Notes: generated from the sequence alone by a model not told the origin. A stretch of 64,000 nucleotides of DNA from Paracoccaceae bacterium (GCA_017510335.1 JAFWNM010000033.1:86868-150867), one strand, 5' to 3'; positions 26,888 to 37,941 are shown, counted from the first letter of the stretch. Numbers and translations are program-made.

Positions 26888-27642
26888 TGGACGCCTATGC
26901 GCGCGCGAATATCGGATTGACGCAAGGACACTTCATCCCCGATCCAGTCATCCGCATCAGGTGTGCACATCCAGACCAATGCCGTTGCGGGCCATTCCGG
27001 GGGAACATGCGCCGACCAGTCCAGTTGGCTGACGGGGTTGACGCCGCTTGCCTTGATCTCTCGTTGCATGTTCGTGGCCACGGTGCCCGGGGACAGGCTC
27101 ATGATGCGCAGCCCATGCGCTCGCGCTTCGGTATCGGCAACATGGGTCAGCATCAGGGCGCCTGCCTTCGAACTGCAATAGGCCCCCCACCCTTCCAGCG
27201 GTTTATGCGCCGCGCCAGACCCCACAGTGATGATGGTTCCCCCACCTTGGGCTTGCATCACCGGCAGCGCCGCGCGCATGCCATGAAACACCCCCTTCAG
27301 GTTTATGTCGATCAGGCGGCCAAAATCATCCGGTGAAATGTCGGACAGCATGCCAATCGGGTCAATTGCGCCTGCATTGTTGACCAGCACATCCAACCGC
27401 CCAAAACGGTCGCACATGGTGGCAATCGCGCCCTGCACCGATGCAAAATCGGCCACATCACAGGGCAGCGCCACCGCGCCGGTTTCGCGCGCCAGCGCGT
27501 CCAGTGCCTCTGCGCTGCGTGCAGCCATGCCAACCTGTGCGCCTGCCGCCACAAACGCGCGCACTGCCGCCGCGCCAATGCCACGGCTGGCCCCGGTAAT
27601 CAGGACCACTTTGCCCGCCAGTGATGATGCGTCAAACCCCAT
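26884..27642 (-). CDS. Short-chain dehydrogenase/reductase
   Basis: Motifs TGASRGIG, NNAG and YCSSK; ATGA overlap with the crotonase gene. Confidence 0.9.
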   Translation of the reverse strand: MGFDASSLAGKVVLITGASRGIGAAAVRAFVAAGAQVGMAARSAEALDALARETGAVALPCDVADFASVQGAIATMCDRFGRLDVLVNNAGAIDPIGMLSDISPDDFGRLIDINLKGVFHGMRAALPVMQAQGGGTIITVGSGAAHKPLEGWGAYCSSKAGALMLTHVADTEARAHGLRIMSLSPGTVATNMQREIKASGVNPVSQLDWSAHVPPEWPATALVWMCTPDADDWIGDEVSLRQSDIRARIGVQ

Positions 27643-27658
27643 TCTTGTCCCCTTGCAT

Positions 27659-30600
27659 TCAGTAATCCCGTTCAAAAAACAGCCCGACCCCTGCCCGGCC
27701 CTGATTGTCGATGCGCCCGCGCGCTGTCAACGATGGCGACAGGTCGATATTGATCGACACTTCGCTGTCCCCCTGCGGCTGGACCTCGACATCGGTATAG
27801 ATATTCTCGGTCAGATAGCGCCCCAACCGGATAGAGGTTTCGCCATCCTCGGTTGTGCGCACGTCCAGATCATCCAGTCCGGTATTCTGGCGCAGCCGTT
27901 CAAGAATACCCTCGCCGCGCCCTGACAGCGTGGCCAGCGACGACGCAAGCTGCGCTGCCTGAAACACACTTAGCGTTTCAAACCCGCGCCCGAACAAAAG
28001 CAGGGACACAACTTCTTCTTCTGGCAGTTCAGGGGTGGATTCAAACCGTATTTCGGGCGAATCCGCGCGCCCTTCAAGCACGATGCGCGCTGTCACCCCG
28101 GTGCGTTCGGTCGATGCCACAAGACGCACAAACGGCACCAGATCGCCCTGAAGACTGGCAAACCCTTCGTTCAGGGTGAAGCGGTTGCCCAACAAGTCCA
28201 GCCGACCCCGAATAAGCCCGAATTCACCAATAGGAATAGGGTCCGCAGTGGTGCCTGTCAGGCGCAATTGTCCGCCCAGTTCGGCATCAAGCCCGCGTCC
28301 GCGAATGAAAATGCGGTTCGGCGCGTCGATCAGCAAGTCCAGCGTTGCGGGGCGGCGCACACGGCCATGGGTTTCGCCAGCGAATATTCCGGCGCGCTGG
28401 CGTGTTTCGCGCGCCGCCGCAGTGTCCTGCTGATGCTGGATATTCGGTGGAATGAACCCGCGCGACACCAGCCCGACACGCGGAATGCGAATTTCTGTGC
28501 CATCCAACGTCAACGCGCCCGCAAGCGTGGGGCCTTGCGTCAGCGGGCCGGTAATGGACACATCGCCCGATACATCTGTCTGGAACAATTGCGGGTTCTG
28601 GATGCGCATTTGCCCCAGCCGCGCGCGCAAATCTGCATTCAAGGGCGGCGTCAAGTCAATATTGCCCGTCAGGCTGACGGTTCCGCCTGCAACTGCGCGG
28701 CCCTGCAGATCAATCGCGGCGCCGCCACCCGAAAGCTGGGCGCGCGCATTGATGTCAGTAATACGGATATTCTGTTGCGGCAAAACAAGCTGCGCGCCCG
28801 TTGCCTCGGCGGTGCCGGTGACAGAACTAAGCGCAAGCGGGCCGTTCAACGCCAGATCAAACCGCGCTGGTCCCTGCACGGATCGCGGTTCAATGCGTGG
28901 ATTGATCAGCGCTATGTCGGCGCTGCCACTGGCGCGCAAATCCGCACGCAGATCGCGCGAAATGGTGCCAGCCGCCTGCACCGCCAGGCCCGCAGGCCCG
29001 TTTGCTGCCAGATCCAGCGCAAACACATCGCCCGTATCGCGCACATCACCAGACAGGGTTACCGGACCCACAATACCCGGAACAACCAGCGCCAGATCGC
29101 GCAGCCGCGCGTCAACGCTCATGGCGGGGCGGCCTTGGGTGCTTTGGCCCGCGATTGTGGCCGTCAGGTTTGGCCCTGTCAGGCGTGCATCTTCAATCAT
29201 CAGCGCATCAGGTCGCTGGACCAAGCGCGCGGTCAACTGATGGGTGCCTGCCAGCACACGGTTTGCCACATCACTGCCCACGCGCAAATCACGGGCCGCC
29301 ACATCAAGATCAAGCGACCGCACGTCCCCATCTTCGCGCAGCGCAACATCGCCGCGGATGCTGCCGCCAAAAACAGGGCGAATGGTACCGAGCGAGCCAA
29401 GGGCAAATTCCGCATCCAGCCGCGATGCACCCGCCGCATAGCGCCCATTGGCCGACAAGGTCAGCGCCGCGTTTTCAAGCGTCAGCGACGCCAGATCGAA
29501 GGCCGCGCCATCGCGCTGCCCGTCAACAGCCAGCCGTGTTTCACCCCGCAAGGCGCGGTCTGCATCTGGCTGGCCCACCGTCAGGTCGCGGGCGCGGGCC
29601 TCGATGGTGACGGTTTCGCGTTCTGGGGGGCCGTCTATGGAAATTCGCGCATCAATCGCGCCGCCAAAATCGTCGCCAAGAACCGAAAGATCCGCAAAAT
29701 CCAGGTCACCGCGCAACCGGATATCCTGCGGTGTCACCTGCCCGCGCACATCAGCGCGCAATGTCTGCGCCTGTGCCGTCAGTTTATGCAAGGTGATCGT
29801 TCCATCAAGCCCGTCTGCGTTCAGGGAAATGACACTTTCGCCCGCCAACAGGCGGTCCAGCTGTTCCTGCCCGAAGGTCAGGTCACTTCCGCTGACGCTG
29901 GTTTGCACGCTGAAATGGTCGCGTTCCGGCCCGATGCGGCCCTGCGCCCGCGCCCGCACTGCGCCCGACAACTCCCGTCCCGCCAGCCGCGACAGGCGTG
30001 AAATGTCCAGAAATTCCGCCTGACCATCCGCGAAAACAACCCCGTCTTCCAGACGCGCACGCCCGTTGATGGTGAAATTCCGCCCCTCCAGCAGCACACC
30101 GGGCAACAACAAGGGCCGCCCCTCGCGCCATATGAACGCCACAGACCCTGTCACGGAACTGCCCAGTGCCTCGGCCACGCCCTGATCGCGGGCTGACAGG
30201 CCCAGCGCGGAAAAATCGATAAGCGCGTCGACCACGTCAATATCTTCGCCAAAACCTTGTGACGTGATACGCCCCAGCCCGTTGACGAACAGGCTTTCGA
30301 CCGAAATATCGCCATTGTCGAATCCGATCAGGTCGACAACCAGTTCCCAGTCTTCGCTGACGGATGCATCAAACCCCAGCCGCAAATCGGCCTGTTCTAT
30401 GCTGGTGTCGGACCCGGCCACTGGCAACAAAACCCGTCCGCCGTTGCGGTCCCGAATTTCGCCGCGCAGGTCAATCAGTTCCGGCAGATTATCGGGTCCC
30501 ATGCGCACACGGCCGTCAAGCTGCAGCTTCTCAGTCTGGATGCGCAGATTATCCAGTGACAGGCGACCGTCATCAAACCTGCGCGCCTGCGTGCGCAAAC

Positions 30601-31510
30601 GGCTGTCGGCACCGAAAAACGGGTGGAATTCCGGCTGCAGCAGCGGGCGCAAATCCCCGCCAAGGTCCAGCCGCACGGCCTGCGCAACGCCGGGCAGGGC
30701 TGTTTGCAACCCAAATTCCCCCGCAACGCGGCGCTGCCCATCCGTGTCCAGCGTGATTTCCGCGTCAAAATCGTCGATCGACCCTTCGCCCTGCACACGC
30801 AACGCCGCTGATGGCCGGCCGGGAACATCCAGCAATGTAACCGCCAGCCCGCCCGGCGCTTCCTGAACATTCAGGTCCAGCGATAGAATGCGCGTTTCAT
30901 TGGAAAAGCTGGCATCCAGCAGGAACTGGCCTGCAATATCATCCAGCCGGTCAATTTGCAGCCGTGCATCCCCTTCGCCGCCAGCCAGGGCGGCCCGCCC
31001 GCTGACCCCTGCGCGCAATTCCTGCCCAAGAAGGGGCGCGCCCAGAACCACTTCGTCCAGAGCAAGCTGCCCAAGGTCGATGGACACAGGAAGTTCCGGC
31101 AATTCAAACTGGCGCAGCGGCACCAGTTCATCGGACGTTTCCCCGACTGGCGCACGCAGGACTTCGACACGTTCTGCCGAAATTTCTGCAATTTCGATCC
31201 GGCGCTGGAACAATGCAGACCTGTTCCATTGTAACGCTGCCCCTGTCACCCGCAGCCAGACGCCATCATCGTCTTCTATGGTCATTTCATCGAATGTTGC
31301 GCGCGACGACAACGCACCGCGAAAACCCGTAATGCGCACCGCGCGGCCACGGTCCGACAAGCTGTCTTGCAACAGGCGCGTCAGGAAACCCACATCGCTT
31401 TCGCCGGGATCAGGCGCAATATCTTCCACCCCTTGCGCGGACATGGGCGCGGCAAAACATGTCATAAGGCACACAAGCCCCAGCGCGATGATGTGCAAAA
31501 CCCGCGTCAA
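27659..31510 (-). CDS. tamB: Translocation and assembly module TamB
   Basis: N-terminal anchor, long beta-taco repeat region, C-terminal DUF490-like region (RGRGLDAELGG...GRYLTENIY...FFERDY); follows tamA. Confidence 0.9.
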   Translation of the reverse strand: MTRVLHIIALGLVCLMTCFAAPMSAQGVEDIAPDPGESDVGFLTRLLQDSLSDRGRAVRITGFRGALSSRATFDEMTIEDDDGVWLRVTGAALQWNRSALFQRRIEIAEISAERVEVLRAPVGETSDELVPLRQFELPELPVSIDLGQLALDEVVLGAPLLGQELRAGVSGRAALAGGEGDARLQIDRLDDIAGQFLLDASFSNETRILSLDLNVQEAPGGLAVTLLDVPGRPSAALRVQGEGSIDDFDAEITLDTDGQRRVAGEFGLQTALPGVAQAVRLDLGGDLRPLLQPEFHPFFGADSRLRTQARRFDDGRLSLDNLRIQTEKLQLDGRVRMGPDNLPELIDLRGEIRDRNGGRVLLPVAGSDTSIEQADLRLGFDASVSEDWELVVDLIGFDNGDISVESLFVNGLGRITSQGFGEDIDVVDALIDFSALGLSARDQGVAEALGSSVTGSVAFIWREGRPLLLPGVLLEGRNFTINGRARLEDGVVFADGQAEFLDISRLSRLAGRELSGAVRARAQGRIGPERDHFSVQTSVSGSDLTFGQEQLDRLLAGESVISLNADGLDGTITLHKLTAQAQTLRADVRGQVTPQDIRLRGDLDFADLSVLGDDFGGAIDARISIDGPPERETVTIEARARDLTVGQPDADRALRGETRLAVDGQRDGAAFDLASLTLENAALTLSANGRYAAGASRLDAEFALGSLGTIRPVFGGSIRGDVALREDGDVRSLDLDVAARDLRVGSDVANRVLAGTHQLTARLVQRPDALMIEDARLTGPNLTATIAGQSTQGRPAMSVDARLRDLALVVPGIVGPVTLSGDVRDTGDVFALDLAANGPAGLAVQAAGTISRDLRADLRASGSADIALINPRIEPRSVQGPARFDLALNGPLALSSVTGTAEATGAQLVLPQQNIRITDINARAQLSGGGAAIDLQGRAVAGGTVSLTGNIDLTPPLNADLRARLGQMRIQNPQLFQTDVSGDVSITGPLTQGPTLAGALTLDGTEIRIPRVGLVSRGFIPPNIQHQQDTAAARETRQRAGIFAGETHGRVRRPATLDLLIDAPNRIFIRGRGLDAELGGQLRLTGTTADPIPIGEFGLIRGRLDLLGNRFTLNEGFASLQGDLVPFVRLVASTERTGVTARIVLEGRADSPEIRFESTPELPEEEVVSLLLFGRGFETLSVFQAAQLASSLATLSGRGEGILERLRQNTGLDDLDVRTTEDGETSIRLGRYLTENIYTDVEVQPQGDSEVSINIDLSPSLTARGRIDNQGRAGVGLFFERDY

Positions 31511-33339
31511 AACGCCTGTCCTATGCCCAGATATAATTGCGGGCCGCGTCCGGTGGTGCCCCGCACCGGCATTCCGACATCCAGCCGCAGGGGGCCAACC
31601 GGCGTTTCATACCGCAGCCCCAGCCCGGCCCCCGCATGCCAACCTGATGGGCCGCTGAACGCCCCTTCGGACACATAGCCGGCATCAGCAAATGCCGTCA
31701 GGCCAATCGTTTCCGTGGCGCGCATCCGCCCTTCAAGTGACAGCGCGGCAAAGCCCCTGCCGCCAGAACGCACCCCGCCAGGCGACACACCCAATGACCG
31801 GAACGGCTGGCCACGAACCGACCCGCCCCCACCGGAATAGAACAGGAAATCCCGTGGTGTGTTGTCAATGCCCGCGCCAACAACTGCGCCCAACTGCCCG
31901 CGCGCAGCCAGCACGAAACGGTCATCTTCGCCAAAGCCGAAATACGCACGCGCATCCACAGTGGCGCGCGCGCCACTGTCAGCCGTGCCAATACCGAAGA
32001 ACGGCGTCAGATCGGCCTGTAGATAAGTGCCGCTTGTTGGCGCACGTTCATCATTGCGGCGGTCCCATTCCACAGTCAGCGGCGCCAACAGCAACCTGTA
32101 ATCGCGCCTGATGGCCAATGTCGGCCCAAACCGGGCCTGTTCCACCAGCACACCCAACCCCGCACCAAGCGTCAACTGGTCACTGAACCGATGCGACAAA
32201 CCAGCGTCCAGACGCGCGCGGCGCGCGCGAAAGTCATCTTCGCGCTCGTTCTCGACCAGAAGGCCCAAATTCAGCGTTGTGTCGGGGGTGAAGGTTGCAG
32301 GGCGCGAAAATTCCAGTGCAAAGTGGTAGTCCCGCCCGCCGCGCCGCGCCGCAAGCCCGCCAATCATCGCTTCGATCCGCAGCCGTTCCGCCCCACCCAG
32401 AAGATTGCGATGCAACCAGAAACCCGTCAGCTTGGCACCGCTTTCGGTGTCTAGTTCGATACTTGCCCCGATCCGGCGCAACGGCGCTTCTACCACTGCG
32501 GCGTTAATGTCCAGCGACCCATCGGAATTTCCGTCCTCTGCCTCGCGCAGGGCTACCGACGCGAAGGTGCCGGTCCGGCGCAGGCGTTCTGCAGCGCGCT
32601 GCACATCGTCGGGCGAGAATACCTCGCCTGTGGGCAAGCCCGCGATTTTCACAATCCGGTTCGGGCGCGTTCGGTCCTGACCACTGGGGCGCAACTGGCC
32701 GAACGTGAAGCGGGGGCCTGCGTCCACGTCTATATCGACATCCAGTTCCTGCGCAGCATGACGGGCGGTAATTTGCTGACGCACGGGTTCGGCTTTTGCA
32801 TGGCCCAGATCGCGCCACCGGTCGATTGCCGCGCCGGCAGTGTTACGGATGACCGTGCTGCGCGCAGATTGTCCGGCCGCGAACGCGTCAGGCAATTCGG
32901 TATCCGGGGCAAGCGGTCCGATCTGCGCACGCCCGAACACGAAAGGCGGGCCAGCCGCCAACTGCACATCAATGACACCAATATTTTCAGGCGGGTTCAG
33001 GGGCGATATGTCCGCAGCCTCGCGCCCGTTGATGCGGATGCTGATGACCGGCGCATAATAGCCCGCCTCGTAGAATAAACCGATAAGCTGGCCGTATTCC
33101 GCGCGCGCAATTGTGAACACTTCAAACGGGTCGGACAACCCTTCGTCATGCGCTGTGCGCAGCAAGGACGCGCGCTGCAGGTCTTGTTCAAGCCCATTAT
33201 CTGCGCCAGTGACAGAAAATCGCAGGTCTTCGAACCCCGCCGCCTGCTGGGCAAGAAACATACCGAAAACAAGCGCTTGCGAAAAAACAGTCCATCGACT
33301 GCGCGCGCACCCCTGCAATTTTTTCAAGTGGCTATCCAC
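31507..33339 (-). CDS. tamA: Translocation and assembly module TamA (Omp85 family)
   Basis: POTRA-like N-terminus, FYSGGGGSVRG lid loop, and GLGLRYETPVGPLRLDVG...GIGQAF. Start uncertain (GTG33339 chosen; the frame is open to 33426). Confidence 0.9.
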   Translation of the reverse strand: MDSHLKKLQGCARSRWTVFSQALVFGMFLAQQAAGFEDLRFSVTGADNGLEQDLQRASLLRTAHDEGLSDPFEVFTIARAEYGQLIGLFYEAGYYAPVISIRINGREAADISPLNPPENIGVIDVQLAAGPPFVFGRAQIGPLAPDTELPDAFAAGQSARSTVIRNTAGAAIDRWRDLGHAKAEPVRQQITARHAAQELDVDIDVDAGPRFTFGQLRPSGQDRTRPNRIVKIAGLPTGEVFSPDDVQRAAERLRRTGTFASVALREAEDGNSDGSLDINAAVVEAPLRRIGASIELDTESGAKLTGFWLHRNLLGGAERLRIEAMIGGLAARRGGRDYHFALEFSRPATFTPDTTLNLGLLVENEREDDFRARRARLDAGLSHRFSDQLTLGAGLGVLVEQARFGPTLAIRRDYRLLLAPLTVEWDRRNDERAPTSGTYLQADLTPFFGIGTADSGARATVDARAYFGFGEDDRFVLAARGQLGAVVGAGIDNTPRDFLFYSGGGGSVRGQPFRSLGVSPGGVRSGGRGFAALSLEGRMRATETIGLTAFADAGYVSEGAFSGPSGWHAGAGLGLRYETPVGPLRLDVGMPVRGTTGRGPQLYLGIGQAF

Positions 33340-33534
33340 CCATGAACACCAGCAAATCCGCATTATCTTTTGTTGTTGCAGATCAACTGTCACGGGACAA
33401 CTCGAAACTTTACCGGCTGGCAACACTCTGCCAGTTACACTGCGGCGACCAATACACTGGCCCGCTCTTGTTGGGTGGGGGTTCGGGTGCTATGTCGCAT
33501 GCAAGAATTCATACGAAAAAAGGAGCTTGGGCGG

Positions 33535-34926
33535 ATGTCTCAAGACTATGTCATCAAGGATATTGCGCTGGCGGATTTCGGGCGCAAGGAAATCGATATT
33601 GCCGAAACCGAAATGCCCGGCCTGATGTCCCTGCGCCACGAATTTGGCAGCGCACAACCCCTGAAGGGCGCACGGATTGCCGGGTCGCTGCACATGACCA
33701 TTCAAACCGCTGTTTTGATTGAAACATTGGTCGCCCTGGGGGCAGAAGTGCGTTGGGCGTCATGCAATATCTATTCGACCCAGGACCATGCCGCCGCCGC
33801 GATTGCAGCGGGCGGCACACCTGTTTTCGCCATCAAGGGCGAAACACTTGAAGAATACTGGACCTATACCGACCAGATTTTCCAGTTCGAGGGTGGCGCG
33901 AACCTGATCCTGGATGATGGCGGCGATGCAACCATGTATATCCTGCTGGGCGCGCGGGTCGAGGCAGGCGAAACCGACCTGATTGCCACCCCCACCAGCG
34001 AAGAAGAAGAATTCCTGTTCGCGCAGATCAAGAAACGCCTTGCGGCAAGCCCCGGCTGGTTTGCCCGCCAGCGCGACCTGATCAAGGGCGTGTCCGAAGA
34101 AACCACCACAGGCGTGCATCGCCTGTATGAATTGCACAAGAAAGGGCAGCTTCCCTTCCCTGCAATCAACGTCAATGACAGCGTGACCAAATCCAAGTTC
34201 GATAACAAATACGGCTGCAAGGAATCCCTGGTTGATGGCATTCGCCGTGCCACCGACACAATGATGGCCGGCAAGGTTGCAGTGGTTTGCGGCTATGGCG
34301 ATGTGGGCAAAGGGTCTGCAGCCAGCCTTCAGGGTGCTGGCGCACGGGTTAAAGTAACTGAAGTCGACCCGATTTGCGCGTTGCAAGCCGCCATGGACGG
34401 GTTCGAGGTTGTGTTGCTGGAAGACGTGGTGAAAACCGCCGATATTTTCATCACCACCACCGGCAATAAGGACGTCATCCGTCTTGAGCATATGCGCGAG
34501 ATGAAGGATATGGCGATTGTCGGCAATATTGGCCATTTTGACAATGAAATTCAGGTTGCCGCGCTGAAAAACCACAAATGGACCAATATCAAGGACCAGG
34601 TGGACATGATTGAAATGCCGTCAGGCAATCGCATGATCCTGCTGTCCCAAGGCCGCTTGCTGAACCTTGGCAATGCCACTGGCCACCCCAGTTTCGTGAT
34701 GTCGGCGAGCTTTACCAATCAGGTTCTGGCGCAGATCGAACTGTGGACCAATGGCGACGCTTACGCACCGGGTGTGTTTATCCTGCCAAAAGCGCTGGAT
34801 GAGAAAGTTGCCCGCCTGCATCTGGACCGGATCGGCGTCAAGCTGACCGAACTGCGCCCCGATCAGGCCAGCTATATCGGCGTGGCGGTCGAAGGGCCGT
34901 TCAAGCCGGAGCACTACCGCTACTGA
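33535..34926 (+). CDS. ahcY: S-adenosyl-L-homocysteine hydrolase
   Basis: Motifs [49 protein letters not shown] and GHPSFVMS; AAGGAG RBS. Confidence 0.99.
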   Translation: MSQDYVIKDIALADFGRKEIDIAETEMPGLMSLRHEFGSAQPLKGARIAGSLHMTIQTAVLIETLVALGAEVRWASCNIYSTQDHAAAAIAAGGTPVFAIKGETLEEYWTYTDQIFQFEGGANLILDDGGDATMYILLGARVEAGETDLIATPTSEEEEFLFAQIKKRLAASPGWFARQRDLIKGVSEETTTGVHRLYELHKKGQLPFPAINVNDSVTKSKFDNKYGCKESLVDGIRRATDTMMAGKVAVVCGYGDVGKGSAASLQGAGARVKVTEVDPICALQAAMDGFEVVLLEDVVKTADIFITTTGNKDVIRLEHMREMKDMAIVGNIGHFDNEIQVAALKNHKWTNIKDQVDMIEMPSGNRMILLSQGRLLNLGNATGHPSFVMSASFTNQVLAQIELWTNGDAYAPGVFILPKALDEKVARLHLDRIGVKLTELRPDQASYIGVAVEGPFKPEHYRY

Positions 34927-34932
34927 TACGGA

Positions 34933-34956
34933 AAAGGGGGGCAAATGCCCCCCTTT
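34933..34956 (+). terminator. GC-rich hairpin after ahcY
   Basis: AAAGGGGGGC-AAAT-GCCCCCCTTT, a 10-bp stem between convergent ahcY and trhO. Confidence 0.75.
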
Positions 34957-34990
34957 ATTCTTTCTGGCCCTGCGCTGCGCTACGGGCGGA

Positions 34991-35014
34991 TTTGAGTATT
35001 TTTGGCAAGATGAA
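34991..35014 (+). repeat. Dispersed intergenic 24-bp repeat, copy 1
   Basis: TTTGAGTATTTTTGGCAAGATGAA, identical to 63384-63407. Confidence 0.9.
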
Positions 35015-35028
35015 ACCCCGCCATGCCA

Positions 35029-35952
35029 TCACTGTGAGGGCTTTTGGGGAATTGCGCCAAGATGACGTGTGCCGCGTGCTGCGGCCAGTGTGATTTGATG
35101 CTGGCGTTCGCGGAACGCAGCGCGCCGTTCAGGTGAAAATTCATCCACGCAATGGTGGCATTGAACCCCGTCTTCGTATTCGGGCCTGCGGGTATCTTCG
35201 GGCCAAAGTGGGCGGCGGCAGGCGTGACACATGACATGCGGGCCGGGTTTCAGGCCGTGTTCGACGGATACGCGCTGATCAAATACGAAACAGGCGCCTT
35301 GCCACATGCTTTGATCGGCAGGCACATCTTCAAGATACTTCAGTATCCCGCCCTTCAGATGGTAGACATCACTCACGCCCTGCTGAAGCAGGAAGTTTGT
35401 TGATTTTTCGCAACGAATGCCGCCGGTGCAGAACATGGCAATACGCTTGTTGTGGAAGCGTTCGCGGTTTTCTGCCCACCATTTGGGGAATTCGCGGAAG
35501 GATTTTGTGCGCGGATCAATGGCGCCGTCGAATGTGCCGATGGCCACTTCGTAATCATTGCGGGTGTCAATGACCACCACATCCGGCGCGCTGATCAGAT
35601 CGTTCCAGTCTTGTGGTTCAATATAATGGCCAGTGCCAGCGCGGGGGTCGACATCGGGCTGGCCCATGGTGACGATCTCGCGTTTCAGACGCACCTTCAT
35701 GCGGCCGAAGGGCATGGTGTGCGCGGGGCTTTCCTTCCAGTCAAGGTCAGCGCAGCCGGGCAGGGCGCGGATATGCGCGAGAACCACATCGATGCCCGCA
35801 CGGGTGCCCGCGATGGTGCCGTTAATCCCCTCTCGCGCCAGAAGAAGCGACCCCTTTACGCCGTGACCGTCGGCCAGGGCCAGAAGCGGGCCGCGAAGTG
35901 CGGCGGGATCATCGAATCGGGTGAAGTGGTAAAGCGCGGCGACTGTCAGCAT
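35029..35952 (-). CDS. trhO: Rhodanese-related tRNA uridine(34) hydroxylase (UPF0176)
   Basis: Motifs [53 protein letters not shown] and CFVFDQR. Confidence 0.92.
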   Translation of the reverse strand: MLTVAALYHFTRFDDPAALRGPLLALADGHGVKGSLLLAREGINGTIAGTRAGIDVVLAHIRALPGCADLDWKESPAHTMPFGRMKVRLKREIVTMGQPDVDPRAGTGHYIEPQDWNDLISAPDVVVIDTRNDYEVAIGTFDGAIDPRTKSFREFPKWWAENRERFHNKRIAMFCTGGIRCEKSTNFLLQQGVSDVYHLKGGILKYLEDVPADQSMWQGACFVFDQRVSVEHGLKPGPHVMCHACRRPLWPEDTRRPEYEDGVQCHHCVDEFSPERRAAFRERQHQITLAAARGTRHLGAIPQKPSQ

Positions 35953-36052
35953 AATGTGCATTTACTGCCCAGTGGTGCGCTGCGCAAGCCTGCGGGATTG
36001 ACGCAGCGCGATTGTGTGCGTAGCCATTGCCCAGCAGACAGGAGGGCGGGAT

Positions 36053-36649
36053 ATGACCCATGCGCTGATCGTGATCGACATGCAAAACGACTTCTGCCCC
36101 GGGGGTGCACTGGCTGTGGCTGGTGGTGATGGAATTGTCGCTGGCATCAATGCGGAAATGGCGCGGGCCGGCGCGGTTATTCTGACGCAGGACTGGCACC
36201 CTGCGGGGCATTCTTCCTTTGCAAGTCAGCATCAGGGCCGCGCGCCGATGGATACGGTCCTTTTGCCATACGGGGCGCAGGTGTTGTGGCCGGACCATTG
36301 CGTGCAAGGCAGCCTTGGCGCGGAATTCCACGCAGACCTGAATACCGACCGCGCCGATATGATCCTGCGCAAAGGGTTCCGGCCCGATATTGACAGCTAT
36401 TCCGCCTTCTTTGAGAATGACCAGATCACCCCGACAGGGCTGGACGGGTATTTGCGCACGCGCGGGATTACTGAACTGGATTTCGCGGGGCTGGCGAAAG
36501 ATTTCTGCGTGGCGTGGTCGGCGCTGGACGCGGCGCGACTGGGCTATAAGGTGCGGGTTCTGAGGGAGCTTTGCCGGGGTATAGACATCAACGGGTCCAT
36601 GGCGCGGGCATATGAAGATTTGCGCGCCGCCAGTGTAGGGCTGGTCTAG
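36053..36649 (+). CDS. pncA: Nicotinamidase/pyrazinamidase
   Basis: Motifs IDMQNDFCPGG, QDWHP, WPDHCVQG, DSYSAF and GLAKDFCV. Confidence 0.95.
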   Translation: MTHALIVIDMQNDFCPGGALAVAGGDGIVAGINAEMARAGAVILTQDWHPAGHSSFASQHQGRAPMDTVLLPYGAQVLWPDHCVQGSLGAEFHADLNTDRADMILRKGFRPDIDSYSAFFENDQITPTGLDGYLRTRGITELDFAGLAKDFCVAWSALDAARLGYKVRVLRELCRGIDINGSMARAYEDLRAASVGLV

Positions 36650-36651
36650 CG

Positions 36652-37941
36652 ATGGATATTGCGACACGCGTTTATAACCACCGCTGGAAAATGGACCCGA
36701 TTGTGCGGTCCCTGATTGATACGGATTTTTATAAACTGCTGATGTGCCAGTCGGTTTTTACCAACCATCCGCATACGCAAGTGACCTTCAGCCTGATCAA
36801 CCGTGCAACGCATATTCCCATGGCGCGCCTGATTGATGAGGGAGAATTGCGCGAGCAACTGGACCATATTCGCACCCTTGGCCTATCGCGCGGGGAGTCC
36901 ACTTTTCTGCGCGGGAATATGTTCTATGGCAAACGCCAGATGTTCCGCCCTGATTTTATGGAATGGTTCGAAGGGTTCCGCCTGCCGCCCTATCATCTGG
37001 AACGGGTCGGCGATCAATATGAACTGACATTCGAGGGGACATGGTCCGAAGTCATGCTGTGGGAAATTCCCGCGCTTGCGGTGTTGATGGAACTGCGGTC
37101 GCGCGCTGTTCTGGGGCGCATGAAACGGTTTGAACTGCAAGTTCTGTATGCGCGCGCAATGACGCGCCTATGGGAAAAAATCACGCGCCTGCAACAGATT
37201 GACGGATTACGGATTGCCGATTTCGGCACCCGCAGGCGCCATTCCTTTCTGTGGCAGGACTGGTGCGTGCAAGCGATGATGGAAGGGCTGGGCGCGCGGT
37301 TCACCGGGACATCAAACTGCCTGATTGCCATGCGCCGGGAGGTGGAGGCCATTGGCACGAATGCCCATGAACTGCCCATGGTTTATGCAGCACTTGCGGC
37401 AGATGATGACGCACTGGCGCGCGCGCCCTATCAGGTGCTAGCCGACTGGCAGGCAGAGCATTCGGGCAATCTGCGCATTATATTGCCTGACACATATGGC
37501 ACAGCCGGTTTTCTGGACAATGCGCCAGACTGGCTGTCGGACTGGACAGGTATTCGCATTGATTCGGGCGACCCTGCAAAAAGTGCGGAAACCGCCATTC
37601 ATTGGTGGCAGGATCGCGGGCAGGACCCGCGCGAGAAGCTTATCATCTTCTCCGACGGGTTGGATGTCGATCTTATTGAAGAATTGCACACCACCTTCGC
37701 GGGCCGGGTCAAGGTTAGTTTCGGATGGGGCACATTGCTGACGAACGACTTTCGCGGGCTGGCGAATGATGATGGCCTTGCGCCTTTTAGTCTTGTTTGC
37801 AAGGCGGCGGCGGCAAACGGGCGCCCGACAGTCAAGCTGTCTGACAACCCCAACAAGGCAATGGGGCCAGCAAGTGAAATAGCCCGCTACAAGCGTGTGT
37901 TCGGAATGGGCCATCAGGACGCACAACCCGTAGTTGTATGA
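36652..37941 (+). CDS. pncB: Nicotinate phosphoribosyltransferase
   Basis: Motifs DTDFYKLLM, DFGTRRR, GTNAHE, LPDTYGT, RIDSG, FSDGL and KLSDN. Confidence 0.96.
   Translation: MDIATRVYNHRWKMDPIVRSLIDTDFYKLLMCQSVFTNHPHTQVTFSLINRATHIPMARLIDEGELREQLDHIRTLGLSRGESTFLRGNMFYGKRQMFRPDFMEWFEGFRLPPYHLERVGDQYELTFEGTWSEVMLWEIPALAVLMELRSRAVLGRMKRFELQVLYARAMTRLWEKITRLQQIDGLRIADFGTRRRHSFLWQDWCVQAMMEGLGARFTGTSNCLIAMRREVEAIGTNAHELPMVYAALAADDDALARAPYQVLADWQAEHSGNLRIILPDTYGTAGFLDNAPDWLSDWTGIRIDSGDPAKSAETAIHWWQDRGQDPREKLIIFSDGLDVDLIEELHTTFAGRVKVSFGWGTLLTNDFRGLANDDGLAPFSLVCKAAAANGRPTVKLSDNPNKAMGPASEIARYKRVFGMGHQDAQPVVV

Noticed and set aside
28268-30001. 577-aa plus-strand ORF inside tamB
   Set aside because: Antisense frame kept open by codon bias; no RBS or motif.
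33340-33534. Possible SAH or SAM/SAH riboswitch upstream of ahcY
   Set aside because: I could not find the conserved GAGGAGCGCUGC...AGGCUCGG core or the SAM/SAH consensus in this region.
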